Source: an uncultured bacterium (lineage in GTDB: Bacteria; Actinomycetota; Thermoleophilia; BMS3ABIN01). Taken from it: 24,506 nt of DNA. Under the pieces are notes generated by a model. It saw only the letters and a program-made list of their open reading frames with translations. It did no database searches and had not been told where the DNA came from. The stretch spans positions 1-24,506 of the forward strand of contig CAJVWY010000001.1 of NCBI GenBank assembly GCA_913009925.1, given 5' to 3'. The translations under genes were made by a program, and so were the position numbers. Of the stretch, positions 24,034-24,506 are shown in pieces (the first letter of the stretch is position 1; each line of letters opens with the position of its first letter).

Positions 24034-24506
24034 TCACATGCTTTCCGGCGAACTCACACCTGTGAGTCCGAGGCTGGCGCGGATCACGTTCCTGGTCAAC
24101 AGGCAAAGGGACAGGCGGAAAGCAGCCAGGCCGTCGGGGGCCCTGATCACAGGACAGTTGTGGTAAAAGACGTGAAACGACGCCGCCAGTTCACGGTCGT
24201 AAGCGGTAAGGCGATGGGGGGCGCGGGTCTGGGCGGCTGTGCGTACCGTGCCCGGGAACTCCAGGAGCTTCAGGATCAGCTGCCGTTCCTGTTCCTCCAG
24301 TTCCACGCCGGCACCGGCGGGTCCCGCCGCCAGCCCCGCCTCGTCCGCCTTGCCGATGATACTGCAGATGCGGGCATGGGCGTACTGGACATAGTAGACC
24401 GGGTTCTCCTCCGATTTGAGCTTGGCCTTCTCCAGATCCAGATCCAGGGTACTGTCATGGCTGCGGTCCACCAGGAAGAACCTGGCGGCATCCACGCCGA
24501 TGCTGT
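24034..24506 (-). CDS. argS: Arginine--tRNA ligase, 3' part (anticodon-binding domain); 5' part outside the window
   Basis: DAARFF, LDLDL, NPVYYVQYAHARICSI, FHVFY, terminal PESM. Confidence 0.96.
   Translation of the reverse strand, partial: SIGVDAARFFLVDRSHDSTLDLDLEKAKLKSEENPVYYVQYAHARICSIIGKADEAGLAAGPAGAGVELEEQERQLILKLLEFPGTVRTAAQTRAPHRLTAYDRELAASFHVFYHNCPVIRAPDGLAAFRLSLCLLTRNVIRASLGLTGVSSPESM

Noticed and set aside
1-24506. CRISPR arrays, IS elements, prophage, tRNA/rRNA or defence genes
   Set aside because: No spaced repeats, transposase/integrase motifs, terminal inverted repeats or cloverleaf patterns were seen; nearly all sequence is explained by recognisable genes.

Overview
GC-rich bacterial chromosomal segment, almost entirely coding, with no mobile elements, CRISPR arrays, rRNA or tRNA genes recognised. 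The gene style is tentatively that of a deep-branching actinobacterium such as Thermoleophilia (inference from memory of UppS motifs and gene order, not from a search). Contents from left to right: (1) the minus-strand operon rpsB-tsf-pyrH-frr-uppS-cdsA-dxr-rseP(partial), with a structured rpsB leader; (2) a CoA-binding protein, a membrane protein, a hypothetical protein and a phosphoribosyltransferase; (3) a minus-strand operon of FmdB-type zinc ribbon, family-4 uracil-DNA glycosylase, tsaE, tsaB, rimI and tsaD, divergent from panC-panD-yjbQ-[HPS/RraA fusion]; (4) an ECF sigma/soluble ZAS anti-sigma pair divergent from zinc ribbon-ferredoxin-trxA; (5) an L,D-transpeptidase divergent from a c-di-GMP-I riboswitch, a small putative secreted protein, a hypothetical protein and a GGDEF diguanylate cyclase; (6) mutM, an MFS transporter and the 3' end of argS. 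Best leads: a pantothenate operon lacking panB but carrying an HPS-RraA-aldolase fusion; twin TGAATCCTTT-N13-RTCWAA promoter-like motifs between the ECF sigma and the thioredoxin operon; a c-di-GMP riboswitch module with a 10-bp anti-aptamer sequence; a C-terminal QLDLF clamp-binding-like motif on the UDG; and a bidirectional promoter sharing one palindromic -35 box. All calls come from reading motifs by eye, and start codons were reassigned manually where the ORF track over-extends.
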